DNA of 47,849 bases from Octopus sinensis. Its lineage: Eukaryota. The DNA is taken from the NCBI RefSeq assembly GCF_006345805.1, contig NW_021834595.1, positions 1 to 47,849 on the forward strand, given 5' to 3'. Positions 11,031 to 23,323 of this stretch are shown here, piece after piece. Each line of letters starts with the position of its first letter. Within the stretch, counting starts at the first letter, position 1. The notes below the pieces were generated by a model. The model worked only from the letters and a program-made list of their open reading frames with translations, had not been told where the DNA came from and did no database searches. Position numbers and translations under genes: made by a program.

Positions 11031-14000
11031 CTAGCAGTATCGCCCGGCGTTGCTCGGGTTTGTTTCGTCCCTTTAGAATTGGAATTTTTGAAAAATAACA
11101 ATTTCGCATTATGTAGCTTGTTATTCTCTTTAAGCGAACATTTTTCTGGTTGAAATACACCGAAAAATGACGACACAGCAGTCAAAAAATCGTAAAAAAT
11201 AGGGATTTTCATAGAAAAAAAGCACCTTTTTGATGTAAATAATTTTTGGTCTTAACATGGTTCGATTTGAATTTTTTCTTCTACGGAAGGAAGAACAAGC
11301 CTTCTTCTATCATACTCTCAATTTTGGTCAACTTGCGACGCAGGGTCTCGGAGGAGATGGGGTTAGTTGAAGGCTACCAAACCTGCTCCACACAGACAAC
11401 TTCAGCTTTGTATATAGAGAGACTAGTAGTATCACCCGGCGTTGCTTGGGTTTGTTTCGACCCTTTAGAATCGGAATTTTTGAAAACTAAAACTTTTTTA
11501 TTATGTAGCTTGTTATTCTCTTTAAGCGAACATTTTTCTGGTTGAAATACACCGAAAAATGGCGACACAGCAGTCAAAAAATCGTAAAAAATAGGGATTT
11601 TCATAGAAAAAAAGCACCTTTTTGATATAAATAATTTTTGGTCTTAACATGGTCCGATTTGAATTTTTTTCTTCTACGGAATGAAGGGCAATCCTTCTTC
11701 TATCATACTTTCAATTTTGGTCAACTTGCGCTGCAGGTCTCGAGGAGATAGTGTTAGTTGAAGGCTACCAAACCTGCTCCACACAGACAACTTCAGCTTT
11801 GTATATAGAGAGGCTAGTAGTATCGCCCGGCGTTGCTTGGTTTGTTTCGACCTTTAGAATCGGAATTTTTGAAAACTAAAACTTTTTTATTATGTAGCTT
11901 GTTATTCTCTTAAGCGAACATTTTTCTGGTTGAAATACACCGAAAAATGGCGACACAGCAGTCAAAAAATCGTAAAAAATAGGGATTTTCATAGAAAAAA
12001 AGCACCTTTTTGATTGTAAATAATTTTTGGTCTTAACATGGTCCGATTTGAATTTTTTCTTCTACGGAATGAAGGGCAATCCTTCTTCTATCATACTTTC
12101 AATTTTGGTCAACTTGCGCTGCAGGGTCTCGAAGGAGATAGATAGTGTAGTTGAAGGCTACCAAACCTGCCCCACACAGACAACTTCAGCTTTATATATA
12201 GAGAGGCTAGTAGTATCGCCGGCGTTGCTTGGTTTTTCGACCTTTAGAATCGGAATTTTTGAAAACTAAAACTTTTTATTATGTAGCTGTTATTCTCTTT
12301 AAGCGAACATTTTTCTGGTTGAAATACACCGAAAAATGGCGGACACAGCAGTCAAAAAATCGTAAAAAATAGGGATTTTCATAGAAAAAAAGCACCTTTT
12401 TGATTTAAAAATTTTCGTCTTAACATGGTCCGATTGAATTTTTTCTTCTACGAAGGAAGAACAAGCCTTCTTCTATCATACTCTCAATTTTGGTCAACTT
12501 GCGACGCAGGGTCTCGGAGGAGATGGGGTTAGTTGAAGGCTACCAAACCTGCTCCACACAGACAACTTCAGCTTTGTATATAGAGAGACTAGTAGTATCA
12601 CCCGGCGTTGCTTGGGTTTGTTTCGACCCTTTAGAATCGGAATTTTTGAAAAATAACAATTTCGCATTATGTAGCTTGTTATTCTCTTTAAGCGAACATT
12701 TTCCTGGTTGAAATACACCGAAAAATGGCGACGCAGCAGTCAAAAAATCGTAAAAAATAGGGATTTTCATAGAAAAAAAGCACCTTTTTGATGTAAATAA
12801 TTTTTGGTGTTAACATGGTCCGATTTGAATTTTTTTTCTCTACGAATGAAGGGCAATCCTTCTTCTATCATACTTTCAATTTTGGTCAACTTGCGCTGCA
12901 GGGTTCTCGAAGGAGATAGTGTTAGTTGAAGGCTACCAAACCTGCTCCACACAGACAACTTCAGCTTTGTATATAGAGAGACTATAGTATTGCCCGGCGT
13001 TGCTTGGGTTTGTTTCGCGACCCTTTAGAATCGGAATTTTTGAAAAAAAAAACTTTTTTATTATTTAGCTTGTTATTCTCTTAAGCGAACATTTTTCTGG
13101 TTGAAATACACCGAAAAATGGCGACAGACAGGGGCAGTCAAAAAACGTAAAAAATAGGGATTTTCATAGAAAAAAGCAGCACCTTTTTGATGTAAATAAT
13201 TTTTGTGTTAACATGGTTCGATTTGAATTTTTCTTATCTACGGAGGAAGAGCAAGCCTTCTTCTATCATACTCTCAATTTGGTGGTCAACTTGCGACGCA
13301 GGGTCTCGGAGGAGATGGGGTTAGTTGAAGGCTACCAACCTGCTCCCACAGACAACTTCAGCTTTGTATATAGAGAGACTAGTAGTATCGCCCGGCGTTG
13401 CTTGGGTTTGTTTCGACCCTTTAGAATTGGAATTTTTGAAATAAAAATTTCGCATTATTTAGCTTGTTATTCTCTTTAAGTGAACATTTTTCTGGTTGAA
13501 ATACACCGAAAAATGGCAACACAGCTGTCAAAAAATCGTAAAAAATAGGGATTTTCATAGAAAAAAAGAACCTTTTCGATGTAAATAATTTTTGGTGTTA
13601 ACATGGTCCGATTTGAATTTTATCTTCTATGAAAGGAAGAGCAAGCCCTTTTCTATCATACTCTCAATTTTGGTCAACTTGTGCCGCAGGGTCTCGGAGG
13701 AGATAGTGTTAGTTGAAGGCTACCAAACCTGCCATACACAGACAACTTCAGCTTTAGATATAGAGATTACTAGCATTATCACCCGGAGTTGTTCGGGTTT
13801 GTTTCGACCCTTTAGATTGGAATTTTTGAAAAGTAAAAATGTTGCATTATGTAGCTTGTTATTCTCTTAAGTTAACATTTTTGTTCTGGTTGAAATACAC
13901 CGAAAAATGGCGACACACGCAGTCAAAAAATCGTAAAAAATAGGGATTTTCATAGAAAAAAAGCACCTTTTTGATGTAAATAATTTTTGGTGTTAACATG

Positions 14001-15422
14001 GTCCGATTTGAATTTTTTTCTTCTACGGAATGAAGGGCAATCCTTCTTCTATCATACTTTCAATTTTGGTCAACTTGCGCTGCAGGGTCTCGAAGGAGAT
14101 AGTGTTAGTTGAAGGCTACCAAACCTGCTCCACACAGACAACTTCAGCTTTGTATATAGAGAGACTAGTAGTATTGCCCGGCGTTGCTTGGGTTTGTTTC
14201 GACCCTTTAGAATCGGAATTTTTGAAAAATAAAACTTTTTTATTATTTAGCTTGTTATTCTCTTTAAGCGAACATTTTTCTGGTTGAAATACACCGAAAA
14301 ATGGCGACGCAGCAGTCAAAAAATCGTAAAAAATAGGGATTTTCATAGAAAAAAAGCACCTTTTTGATGTAAATATTTTTGGTCTTAACATGGTTCGATT
14401 TGAATTTTTTTCTTCTACGGAATGAAGGGCAATCCTTCTTCTATCATACTTTCAATTGGGTCAACTTGCGCTGCAGGGTCTCGAAGGAGATAGTGTTAGT
14501 TGAAGGCTACCAAACCTGCTCCACACAGACAACTTCAGCTTTGTATATAGAGAGACTAGTAGTATCGCCCGGCGTTGCTTGGGTTTGTTTCGACCCTTAG
14601 AATCGGAATTTTTGAAAAATAAAACTTTTTTATTATTTAGCTTGTTATTCTCTTTAAGCGAACATTTTTCTGGTTGAAATACACCGAAAAATGGCGACGC
14701 AGCAGTCAAAAAATCGTAAAAAATAGGGATTTTCATAGAAAAAAAGCACCTTTTTGATGTAAATAATTTTTGGTCTTAACATGGTTCGATTTGAATTTTT
14801 TTCTTCTACGGAATGAAGGGCAATCCTTCTTCTATCATACTTTCAATTTTGGTCAACTTGCGCTGCAGGGTCTCGAAGGAGATAGTGTTAGTTGAAGGCT
14901 ACCAAACCTGCTCCACACAGACAACTTCAGCTTTGTATATAGAGAGACTAGTAGTATCGCCCGGCGTTGCTTGGGTTTGTTTCGACCCTTTAGAATCGGA
15001 ATTTTTGAAAACTAAAACTTTTTATTATGTAGCTTGTTATTCTCTTTAAGCGAACATTTTTCTGGTTGAAATACACCGAAAAATGGCGACGCAGCAGTCA
15101 AAAAGTCGTAAAAAATAGGGATTTTCATAGAAAAAAAGCACCTTTTTGATGTAAATAATTTTTGGTGTTAACATGGTTCGATTTGAATTTTTTCTTCTAC
15201 GGAAGGAAGAGCAAGCCTTCTTCTATCATACTCTCAATTTTGGTCAACTTGCGACGCAGGGTCTCGGAGGAGATGGGGTTAGTTGAAGGCTACCAAACCT
15301 GCCCCACACAGACAACTTCAGCTTTATATATATACTAGCAGTATCGCCCGGCGTTGCTCGGGTTTGTTTCGACCCTTTAGAATTGCATACAAGACAACTT
15401 CAGCATTATATATATAGAGAGA
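11031..15422 (-). mobile_element. Head-to-tail array of a ~392-bp non-autonomous Helitron (11 full units plus one 88-bp deleted unit)
   Basis: Unit 3' ends (CTAG) at 11031, 11423, 11814, 12207, 12589, 12982 (ctat variant), 13379, 13770, 14165, 14556, 14948, 15335; hairpin CCCGAGCAACGCCGGG 8 nt before CTAG; 5' TCTCTCTATATAC; most junctions read CTAG|TC; array bounded by A11030 and T15423. Confidence 0.85.
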
Positions 15423-15680
15423 TTAGTAAATAGATGCGTTTTTCCCCCACTTTGTTCCATTTTTCGATGCCTTTGTGGAGACAGAAGATATTCTAAGATT
15501 TTACGCCAATATTTTGATGTCCATTCACAACTTTTTCTGCTCTACCCTCATTGTAAAATCGAAAATCGTGGATAAAACGCTCCATCCTAATATACACACA
15601 ATGCAGAGAGAGAGAGAGAAAAAAAAAGAGAGAGAGGGGGAAAGAGAGTGAAGTAGGTATCTCACAAGCTAGTTAGATAT

Positions 15681-16061
15681 GTGGAAGCACTCCGTCGGTT
15701 ATGACGACGAGGGTTCCGGTTGATCCGATCAACGGAACAGCCTGCTCGTGAAATTAACGTGTAAGTGGCTGAGCACTCCACAGACACGTGCACCCTCAAC
15801 GTAGTTCTTGGGATATTCAGCGTGACACAGAGTGACAAGGCCGGCCCTTTGAAATACAGGTACAACAGAAACAGGAAGTAAGAGTGAGAGAAGGTTGTGG
15901 TGAAAGAGTACAGCAGGGATCACCACCATCCCCTGCCGGGGCCTCGTGGAGCTTTTAGGTGTTTTCGCTCAATAAACACTCACAACGCCCGGTCTGGGAA
16001 TCGAAACCGCGATCCTATGACCGCGAGTCCGCTGCCCTAACCACTGGGCCATTGCGCCTCC
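15681..16061 (-). mobile_element. SINE family D (tail D1)
   Basis: Reverse complement of the 8122 element. Confidence 0.85.
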
Positions 16062-16141
16062 AGATAGATATAGATGTATACATATATACATTCTATGCTC
16101 AGTGTATATACATAAAAACTACACTTAGTATATGTTGTAGA

Positions 16142-16471
16142 CAAGGCCTCGCCAACTCAAATAACATTGCGCGCCAATGTAATAACAGAAAGGTTTTTGA
16201 GGGCCACTTTTATACTTTATGCACCAATAGACAAATAATCCAATTACAAAATTAAGGGTTTTTCATACTTTTCGTTTGTTTCAAATTATAAAATTGTAGG
16301 ATATTGCTTTATTACCCCTTATGAATTTAAATTTTGTTTCGAAACAAATGTTTTACACAAACAATTTTATTTTGAAATTAAACACAGTACTTCAAGAAAG
16401 TATCAAGTGGGTCGCAAGATAAAAACCTGTGGGCCGCATGCACTCTGCGGACCTCGGGTTGGCTAGCACTG
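16142..16471. mobile_element. hAT-type MITE
   Basis: Perfect 8-bp TSD GTTGTAGA (16134-16141, 16472-16479); imperfect TIRs CAAGGCCTCGCCAAC / GGTTGGCTAGCACTG. Confidence 0.8.
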
Positions 16472-16515
16472 GTTGTAGATCATAACATACATATATATAT
16501 ATATAATATATATAG

Positions 16516-16547
<32 letters not shown>

Positions 16548-16725
16548 ATATACATGTATATATATAAATGTTTAAGTAGTTGAATGAATTATCCTAGTAT
16601 GGATAATTCGGTTAACCGATACCTGGGTAGCAAATTTACGTCAGAAAGCACGGTTGAAGCTACATGCCAAGGGCAGAAATCACGTGCTTTCGTGTGGAAA
16701 TTTGTGTGTTTTTTTACTATAGATA

Positions 16726-17070
16726 AATGAAAGAATGGAGTCGAACGACGATTTAACAAAATTCCTTTATTCTCGACATATGTTTCGAAGACTGCATATT
16801 CTTAATTCCGAAGGAATAAAGGGTGCATTATGCCGTCTTCCCATTAGGAAAGACAAGGAACTTATGTCAGCATCATGACGAACAAAAACTTTTAGATGAC
16901 TGCCCACACGGAGTCCATGATGCTGACATAAGTTCCTTGTCTTTCCTGAGGAGAAGAAGACGGCATAATGCACCCTTTATTCCTTCGGAATTAAGAATAT
17001 GCAATCTTCGAAACATATGTCGAGAATAAAGGAATTTTGTTAAATAGTCGTTCAACTCCATTCTTTCATT
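16726..17070. mobile_element. Foldback element (arms 16726-16877 / 16916-17070) carrying hammerhead folds
   Basis: ~150-bp inverted arms, 38-nt spacer. Confidence 0.85.
16941..17032 (+). ncRNA. Putative type I hammerhead ribozyme
   Basis: CTGAGGA 16946-52; stem II GAAGA 16953-57 / TCTTC 17005-09; GAAA 17010-13; stem III AC-ATAT-GT; GTC with predicted cut after 17021; 4-bp stem I (TTTC/GAGA, one G.U). Confidence 0.7.
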
Positions 17071-17256
17071 CATGTATATATATCTATATATACATGCATA
17101 TATATCTATATATACATGCATATATATATATATTTAATGTAGGATAAAATATTTTAGGAAAAAAATTTTATCAATGGCCAGCATATTAAAAAATACCCTT
17201 AAAGGTTAAAATTATAAACAACTTATAAATAAGAGCAAACGAAAAGATTTCTAATG

Positions 17257-17297
<41 letters not shown>

Positions 17298-17311
17298 ACC
17301 TATCTATCTAC

Positions 17312-17343
<32 letters not shown>

Positions 17344-17344
17344 A

Positions 17345-17376
<32 letters not shown>

Positions 17377-17431
17377 CTTTGCATGAATGTATATATATGT
17401 AGGTGTTACTCATATAAATCCATGGGGTGGT

Positions 17432-17707
17432 TATAATTAAAATAAGCAACAAGAATAACTTCAGTAATTTGGTACGATCGTTTCACGCTACATCATTTTA
17501 TTAAATGTTGTAAATATTACAACAGTTTTAAAATGCTGAGCAATCATCAGCCATTAATATGAAAATTATGTATTAATGGAAAACCTCTATTAATGGCTGA
17601 TGATTGATCAACATTTTAAAACTGTTTACAACATTTAATAAAATGATGTAGCGTGAAACGATCGTATCAAATTACCAAAGTTATTCTTGTTGCTTATTTT
17701 GATTATA
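17432..17707. mobile_element. Foldback element (arms 17432-17559 / 17588-17707) carrying hammerhead folds on both strands
   Basis: Inverted arms with a 9-nt indel; flanked by microsatellites. Confidence 0.85.
17592..17672 (+). ncRNA. Putative minimal type I hammerhead ribozyme
   Basis: CTGATGA 17597-603; GAAA 17655-58; stem III AC-GATC-GT; GTA with predicted cut after 17666; short stem I (TGG/TCA); mirror copy on minus strand (core 17550-17544, cut between 17473 and 17472). Confidence 0.6.
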
Positions 17708-17755
17708 TATACATATGCACACGTACACATATATATGCTCATGTGTATATATGTA

Positions 17756-17787
<32 letters not shown>

Positions 17788-18279
17788 CTGAGAGAGAGAG
17801 AGAGAAAGCAAAAGCATGAGAGGCAAATTGAAGGATAACCTGTCAGTGTGTGTATGAAAGACATTCTGTGCATGTGTATGTTTATGTATATATATACACG
17901 CATATGTGTTTGTATACCCATTTCTGTATGTAAACTAATAAAGCTCTAAAACTTGTCACCAAGATCTTGCAAGAGGACAGACCAAATTTCCCTGTGACCT
18001 TTGACCTTTATACCCCTCCACTGAACGTTTGTAGGGATAAAAGAACAGTTTCCCTTATCGCCAGTGAAATTCAATGTGGTATTATACAAGCTCAACAAAT
18101 ACTTGGTATGGTCTTGATACATTATCAGTCAGCGATTGGATATTTAAATTTGGGGTTCAAAATAAAAGGGGCTAAATGTATGACCCCTTTAAAATAAAGT
18201 ATTTAAAGTCTATAAAAAATTATATTATGTGATGCAAAAATAACTCTAATGAGTAACCAGAGAAATAATTATTATGAAT

Positions 18280-18940
18280 CACCAAATATTGGGTGTATGT
18301 GTGACAGAAATATCTATATATGTAGGTACATGCAGGTTTATATATATATACGTATATATACCTGTGTGTATGTGTGTTCACATATGGAATGTATGTTTTT
18401 CTTACACATACATATACATGCATCTACGTATGTATAAACGTGCACGTTCCTACATATATAGATATTTCTGTATATATGTATATATATATATATATATACA
18501 TATATATGTATTTGTGTGAGTATATAAATATATATGTATGTGTGCATATGTGTGTGTATATACATACATACATATATATATATAAATATATATATATAAA
18601 TATGTTTATATATATACATATACATAAATATATACACATATATACATACATTCAAAGTATTTTGATGAAATAAACTATATATTCATATATTACTGTATTC
18701 ACCACACATACAGAATTGTTCATGCACAAACATACATGTACACAATTAATATACTTATGAATATACACACATATATACATAAAAAAGTATATATATATAC
18801 ATATATATATAAATATATATGTATATATATTTATGTGTATATACATACATGTACACACATACATATATATATGTATATATATTTATAAATATATATATAC
18901 ATATATATATATATGTATATATGCAGACACATGCACACAA
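18280..18940. repeat. (TA)/(CA)/(TG) compound microsatellite field
   Basis: Direct reading. Confidence 0.9.
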
Positions 18941-19489
18941 TTATAAATATACACGTTTGTGTGTGTATATGCATATACACACATATGTATAATATTTAAT
19001 GGCTGTATCACTAACGCACACATTCTGATAACAGAATTCTGAAGAAAAAAAAACTGATTTGATGTGAAAAGCACTCTAACAACACATTAATGATATATTA
19101 TATATATATATATATATATATGTATAAAAAAAAGAACAAAAAAAATATAATAGCAATATATCAAACAATATGAAAACCGAGACAGGAAACTAACAGACAT
19201 AAAACTGTTTTTGGGACAGACTTGCACAACTTCACACAAGGAGAACGCCTATGCATTTGACAAAGGAAGAATATATAAATTAAAATAAAATTTAAAAAAA
19301 AATTAAAAAATAAAATGGTTGGAATATAAAGGAAATTTTTATTTATTTACAAAGATTCTCTGCAGAAAAGGCAAATCTCTGGAGACAATTGTGTTTCAAG
19401 TTCAATTCTCCTGTGCAGGCATTGTTTGAAGATGAGTTTTTACTAATCTGGATTGTGAAATCATAATTGCTCAAATTTTGACGTTTTCA

Positions 19490-19599
19490 ACTATATTTTA
19501 TTATTATTATCATTATTATTATTATTATTATCATTATTATTATTATTATTATTACTATTATTATTATTATTATTATTATTATTGTCATTATTATTATTA

Positions 19600-19643
<44 letters not shown>

Positions 19644-19662
19644 ATTATTATTATTATTATTA

Positions 19663-19706
<44 letters not shown>

Positions 19707-19730
19707 GTTATTGTTATTGTTACAGCTTGT
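19490..19730. repeat. (ATT)n microsatellite
   Basis: Direct reading. Confidence 0.95.
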
Positions 19731-19799
19731 ATTTTTGGTTTGATTATATTATTATATATTTTTGTTGTTATTGTTGTTGTTGAGTTGTTGTTGGTAATA

Positions 19800-19841
19800 C
19801 ACATATATATGTATATATATTTATCTATATATATATGTATG

Positions 19842-19877
<36 letters not shown>

Positions 19878-20004
19878 ATATATATATGTAGACATGTATA
19901 TGACACACACACACACTCACATATATATATATATACAGATATATACACATGCTTAAGAGTATAGATATACATATACATATATGTATCAATATATATATAT
20001 ATTA

Positions 20005-20036
<32 letters not shown>

Positions 20037-20243
20037 ATCAATATATATATAGAGAGAGAGGATATACATATAGATTTATACTAACACAAACATATGTACA
20101 CATATTTATATTTATATGTTTGTATAATCTGGATGCATATTCATACACATACATAATCACACATGCATATATACACATATATGCAGATGTATATGTGTAT
20201 GTGTGCGTATGTATATATACGTATATGTATAGGTATATGTATA

Positions 20244-20311
<68 letters not shown>

Positions 20312-21044
20312 TATATACATATATATATATACATAATATATACATATATATATATATTCTTTATTTGCGAATTAGTTCACAAATAAAGAAATAATTTATA
20401 CACCAATGCAGTGTTGAGTACTCATTTCATTGTTCGACATTTACATATATTATATATATATATATATATATATAATATATTATACCATTTTTTGTGTGTG
20501 TATGTATATGTATGTTTATGTGTATATATATATATATATATACACATACTCATGCACACCACATATTTATACATACATACATATATATATACATAAATAT
20601 GTACACACGCACATATATGTGTGGTATATATACATACATATGTATATTAATATATTTATACATATATATATATACACATATTATACATACATACATGTAC
20701 ACACACATATTTATATATACATACATACATATATATATACATAAATATGTACACACACGCACATATATGTGTGTATATATATATACATACATATGTATAT
20801 ATACATATATATTTATACATATATATATATATACACATATATATACATATACATACATGTACACACACATATTTATATATACATATATATGTGGGTGTGT
20901 GTATATATATAAATATATAAATATATATACACATATACACTGACACACACACACACACATATATATACATACATATATATATCTATACATATATATATAT
21001 ATATATATACACATATATATACATATACATACATGTACACACAC

Positions 21045-21080
<36 letters not shown>

Positions 21081-21260
21081 TAATATATAAATATATATAC
21101 ACATATACACTGACACACAAACACACATATATATATATACATACATATATACATACATATAGATATATGAGTATATACACACACACACACACACACATAC
21201 GCACACACATACACGCACACACACACAACACACACACACACAGACAAATAGAGATATATA
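19800..21260. repeat. (TA)/(CA) compound microsatellite field with higher-order duplications
   Basis: Blocks such as ACATAAATATGTACACACGCACATATATGTG and ACACATATACACTGACACAC recur. Confidence 0.9.
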
Positions 21261-21364
21261 TATTTATAACTGCAAAAGAAACAATAAATTATCCGATGCC
21301 TTGAAGAGTCGAAGAGAAAAACAAAAAAGAAGCAAGAAAGTGCATTGTTATATACAATACAAAC

Positions 21365-21368
21365 GTTA

Positions 21369-21418
<50 letters not shown>

Positions 21419-21471
21419 AAACATTAGAAAAATAAGACAGGAACCATTGTTTTCCTCATTACTATTATTAC

Positions 21472-21526
<55 letters not shown>

Positions 21527-21694
21527 TTTATCATTATTATTATTATTATCATTATTATTATTATCGTTATTTTATTGTTTTTGTTAACCTTATTTTTTTG
21601 TAATTGTTATTATTATTAATATGCTCTTTCGTATTATCATATATTATTATTATTATTATTATTATTATTGTTATCATTATTATTATTAATATTA

Positions 21695-21725
<31 letters not shown>

Positions 21726-21821
21726 CATTATTATTATTGTTATTGTTAGTATCCTTATTATTATTGTTATTATTATTACTATTATTATTATTATTATATT
21801 TTATTATTATTATTATTATTA

Positions 21822-21854
<33 letters not shown>

Positions 21855-21944
21855 CATTATTATTATTGTTATTTGTTAGTATCCTTATTATTATTGTTAT
21901 TATTATTACTATTATTATTATTATTATTGTTATTATTATTATTA

Positions 21945-21981
<37 letters not shown>

Positions 21982-22035
21982 CATTATTATTATTGTTATT
22001 TGTTAGTATCCTTATTATTATTGTTATTATTATGT
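21365..22035. repeat. (ATT)n microsatellite with recurring TTGTTAGTATCCTTATT landmarks
   Basis: Direct reading. Confidence 0.95.
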
Positions 22036-22209
22036 ATGAATTCTTAATTGTTATTCGTGTTTATGAATTATGATTAATGACTAATACAAACTTATGATTA
22101 TCATCGTGGTTGTTCTTATTCTTTTGTCAAATTTTTTGCATCATGCAGATTTCCTATCAATCATTATTCGTGGATAAGTGCTGTTGATGTAGGTTGTGTT
22201 GTTTTCACC

Positions 22210-22293
22210 ATGATCACCACCACCACCATCATCATCATCATTATCATCATCATCGTCATCAACATCATCATCGTCATCATCATCACTACCACC

Positions 22294-22327
<34 letters not shown>

Positions 22328-22593
22328 CCTTCATCATCATCATTATCATCATCATCATCGTCGTTATCATCAGCATCATCGTCACCATCATCATCATCAT
22401 CACTACCACCACCACCACCACCATCATCATCATCTTCACTACCACTACCACCACCACCACCACCATCATCATCATCATTATCATCATCATTGTCATCAAC
22501 ACCATCATCATAGCCATCACCACCACCATCATCATCATCATCATCATCATCATCGTCGTCAACATCATCATCGTCATCATCATCACTACCACC

Positions 22594-22627
<34 letters not shown>

Positions 22628-22738
22628 CCTTCATCATCATCATCATCATCATCATCATCGTCGTTATCATCAGCGTCATCGTCACCATCATCATCATCAC
22701 TACCACCACCACCACCACCATCATCATCATCTTCACTA

Positions 22739-22807
<69 letters not shown>

Positions 22808-22835
22808 CCACCACACCACCACCACCACCACCACT
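22210..22835. repeat. (CAT)/(CAC) compound microsatellite, internally duplicated (~300 bp)
   Basis: CATCAACATCATCATCGTCATCATCATCACTACC recurs at ~22255 and ~22555. Confidence 0.95.
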
Positions 22836-22870
22836 ATCATCGTTGTTGTTGCTTGACTGTGTGGTTAAGA

Positions 22871-23250
22871 AGCTAGCCGGTGGCATGTAAAAAGTACCAT
22901 TTGAGCGTGGTCAATGCCAGTGCCACCTAACTAGCTCCCATGTCGGTGGCACATAAGGAGCACCATTCAAGTGTGGTCACTGCCAGGGATACCTGACTGG
23001 CTCCCATACCGGTGGCATGGAAAAAGCATCATTCATGTGTGGTCAATACCAGCACTGCCGATAGCAGGTAAAAAGCACCCACTATATTCTCAGAGTGGTT
23101 GTCATTAAGAAGGTCATCCAGCTGTAGAAAGTTTGCCCGATCAGATTGCTGCCTGGCGCAGCCTCCTGGCTTGCCAGCCCTCAGTCAAACCATCTAACCC
23201 ATGCCAACAGGAAAAGCAGATGTTAAACTACCATGACGATGATGATGGCT
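22871..23250 (+). mobile_element. Family F non-LTR element with internal tandem subrepeats
   Basis: Repeated GCCGGTGGCATGTAAAA(A)GCACC motifs; tail AACCCATGCCAACAGGAAAAGCAGATGTTAAAC..GATGATGAT. Confidence 0.6.
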
Positions 23251-23323
23251 GGAGCTCTCACTGACTAGAAACCAGCCATCATTTTCCAGTATTTAATATA
23301 TTTAATATGTTTAATGAGGTTGG

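Noticed and set aside
10868-15049. Repeated ORFs (MKIPIFYDF.., MVLTW..) suggesting a gene family
   Set aside because: They come from the Helitron tandem unit and are broken by indels between units
11031-15422. CRISPR-like or satellite-with-spacer interpretation of the arrays (also 30.2-32.2 and 41.3-42.1 kb)
   Set aside because: Whole units repeat with no unique spacers; eukaryotic context; no cas genes
17995-18007. TGACCT-T-TGACCT nuclear-receptor DR1 site
   Set aside because: A single 13-mer without promoter context; not enough to call regulatory
19350-19445. ELNLKHNCL (minus) and KANLWRQLCFKF (plus) motif-like peptides
   Set aside because: Minus frame has an upstream stop with no usable acceptor; plus frame lacks a good donor
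22164-22890. Poly-His, poly-Met and poly-Ile ORFs of 220-240 aa
   Set aside because: Pure (CAT)/(CAC) microsatellite open on both strands; no splice or domain evidence
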